Positions 31,944 to 32,000 of a stretch of DNA of 32,000 nucleotides are shown one piece after another; within the stretch, counting starts at the first letter, position 1, and each line of letters begins with the position of its first letter. The stretch covers positions 150,001 to 182,000 of the forward strand of contig NC_000916.1 in the NCBI RefSeq assembly GCF_000008645.1, read 5' to 3'. The position numbers were made by a program, and so were the translations under genes. The DNA is from Methanothermobacter thermautotrophicus str. Delta H (GTDB lineage Archaea; Methanobacteriota; Methanobacteria; Methanobacteriales; Methanothermobacteraceae). The notes under the pieces are model-generated. The model searched no databases. It saw nothing but the letters and a program-made list of their open reading frames with translations, and was not told the DNA's origin.

Positions 31944-32000
31944 AATTACACTGAATTAGGAGAACCTTCTGAAAAGATGCGGCCTGAGACCTGCCTCCAT

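Overview
This 32 kb window is a dense, ordinary chromosomal segment of a thermophilic methanogen. Gene content, gene order and Arg AGG/AGA codon usage match the Methanothermobacter thermautotrophicus region around MTH208-MTH238 from memory; no database search was run. I find no rRNA, tRNA, CRISPR array, transposon or phage. The + strand starts with the C-terminal end of a family B DNA polymerase fragment ending in a PCNA-binding peptide, then a HAD phosphatase, an AAA ATPase coupled to a small membrane protein, and, later, hisD, aspS-cbiC-hemL, MtxX/Mmp4, uppS, TatD, an arfC-type reductase, a DUF483-like protein and a giant CobN-like protein. The - strand carries exonuclease III/Mth212, feoB, a DtxR-type regulator, an acetate transporter, acs, a thermosome subunit, an FprA flavodiiron protein, a QueG-like ferredoxin, cpgS, UPF0058, a zinc-ribbon membrane protein, an LCP/DUF4012-like membrane protein and a CMD/AhpD-like protein. 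Most notable observations: (1) acs is interrupted in frame by a single TAG at 8105-8107, which separates the catalytic lysine motif PKTRSGK from the main body. (2) The CobN-like protein has a signal peptide, a Gly/Ser/Thr-rich linker and a C-terminal membrane anchor, so it is probably extracytoplasmic. (3) A DtxR/IdeR-like operator (15/19 match to consensus) and a palindrome covering the ribosome-binding site lie upstream of the regulator-feoB genes. (4) A possible LCP-like envelope protein lies near uppS in a pseudomurein-walled archaeon. (5) Direct repeats lie upstream of fprA. I see no fully convincing new multi-gene defence or mobile system; the CobN-like protein, the LCP-like pair and the ATPase/membrane protein pair are the best leads.
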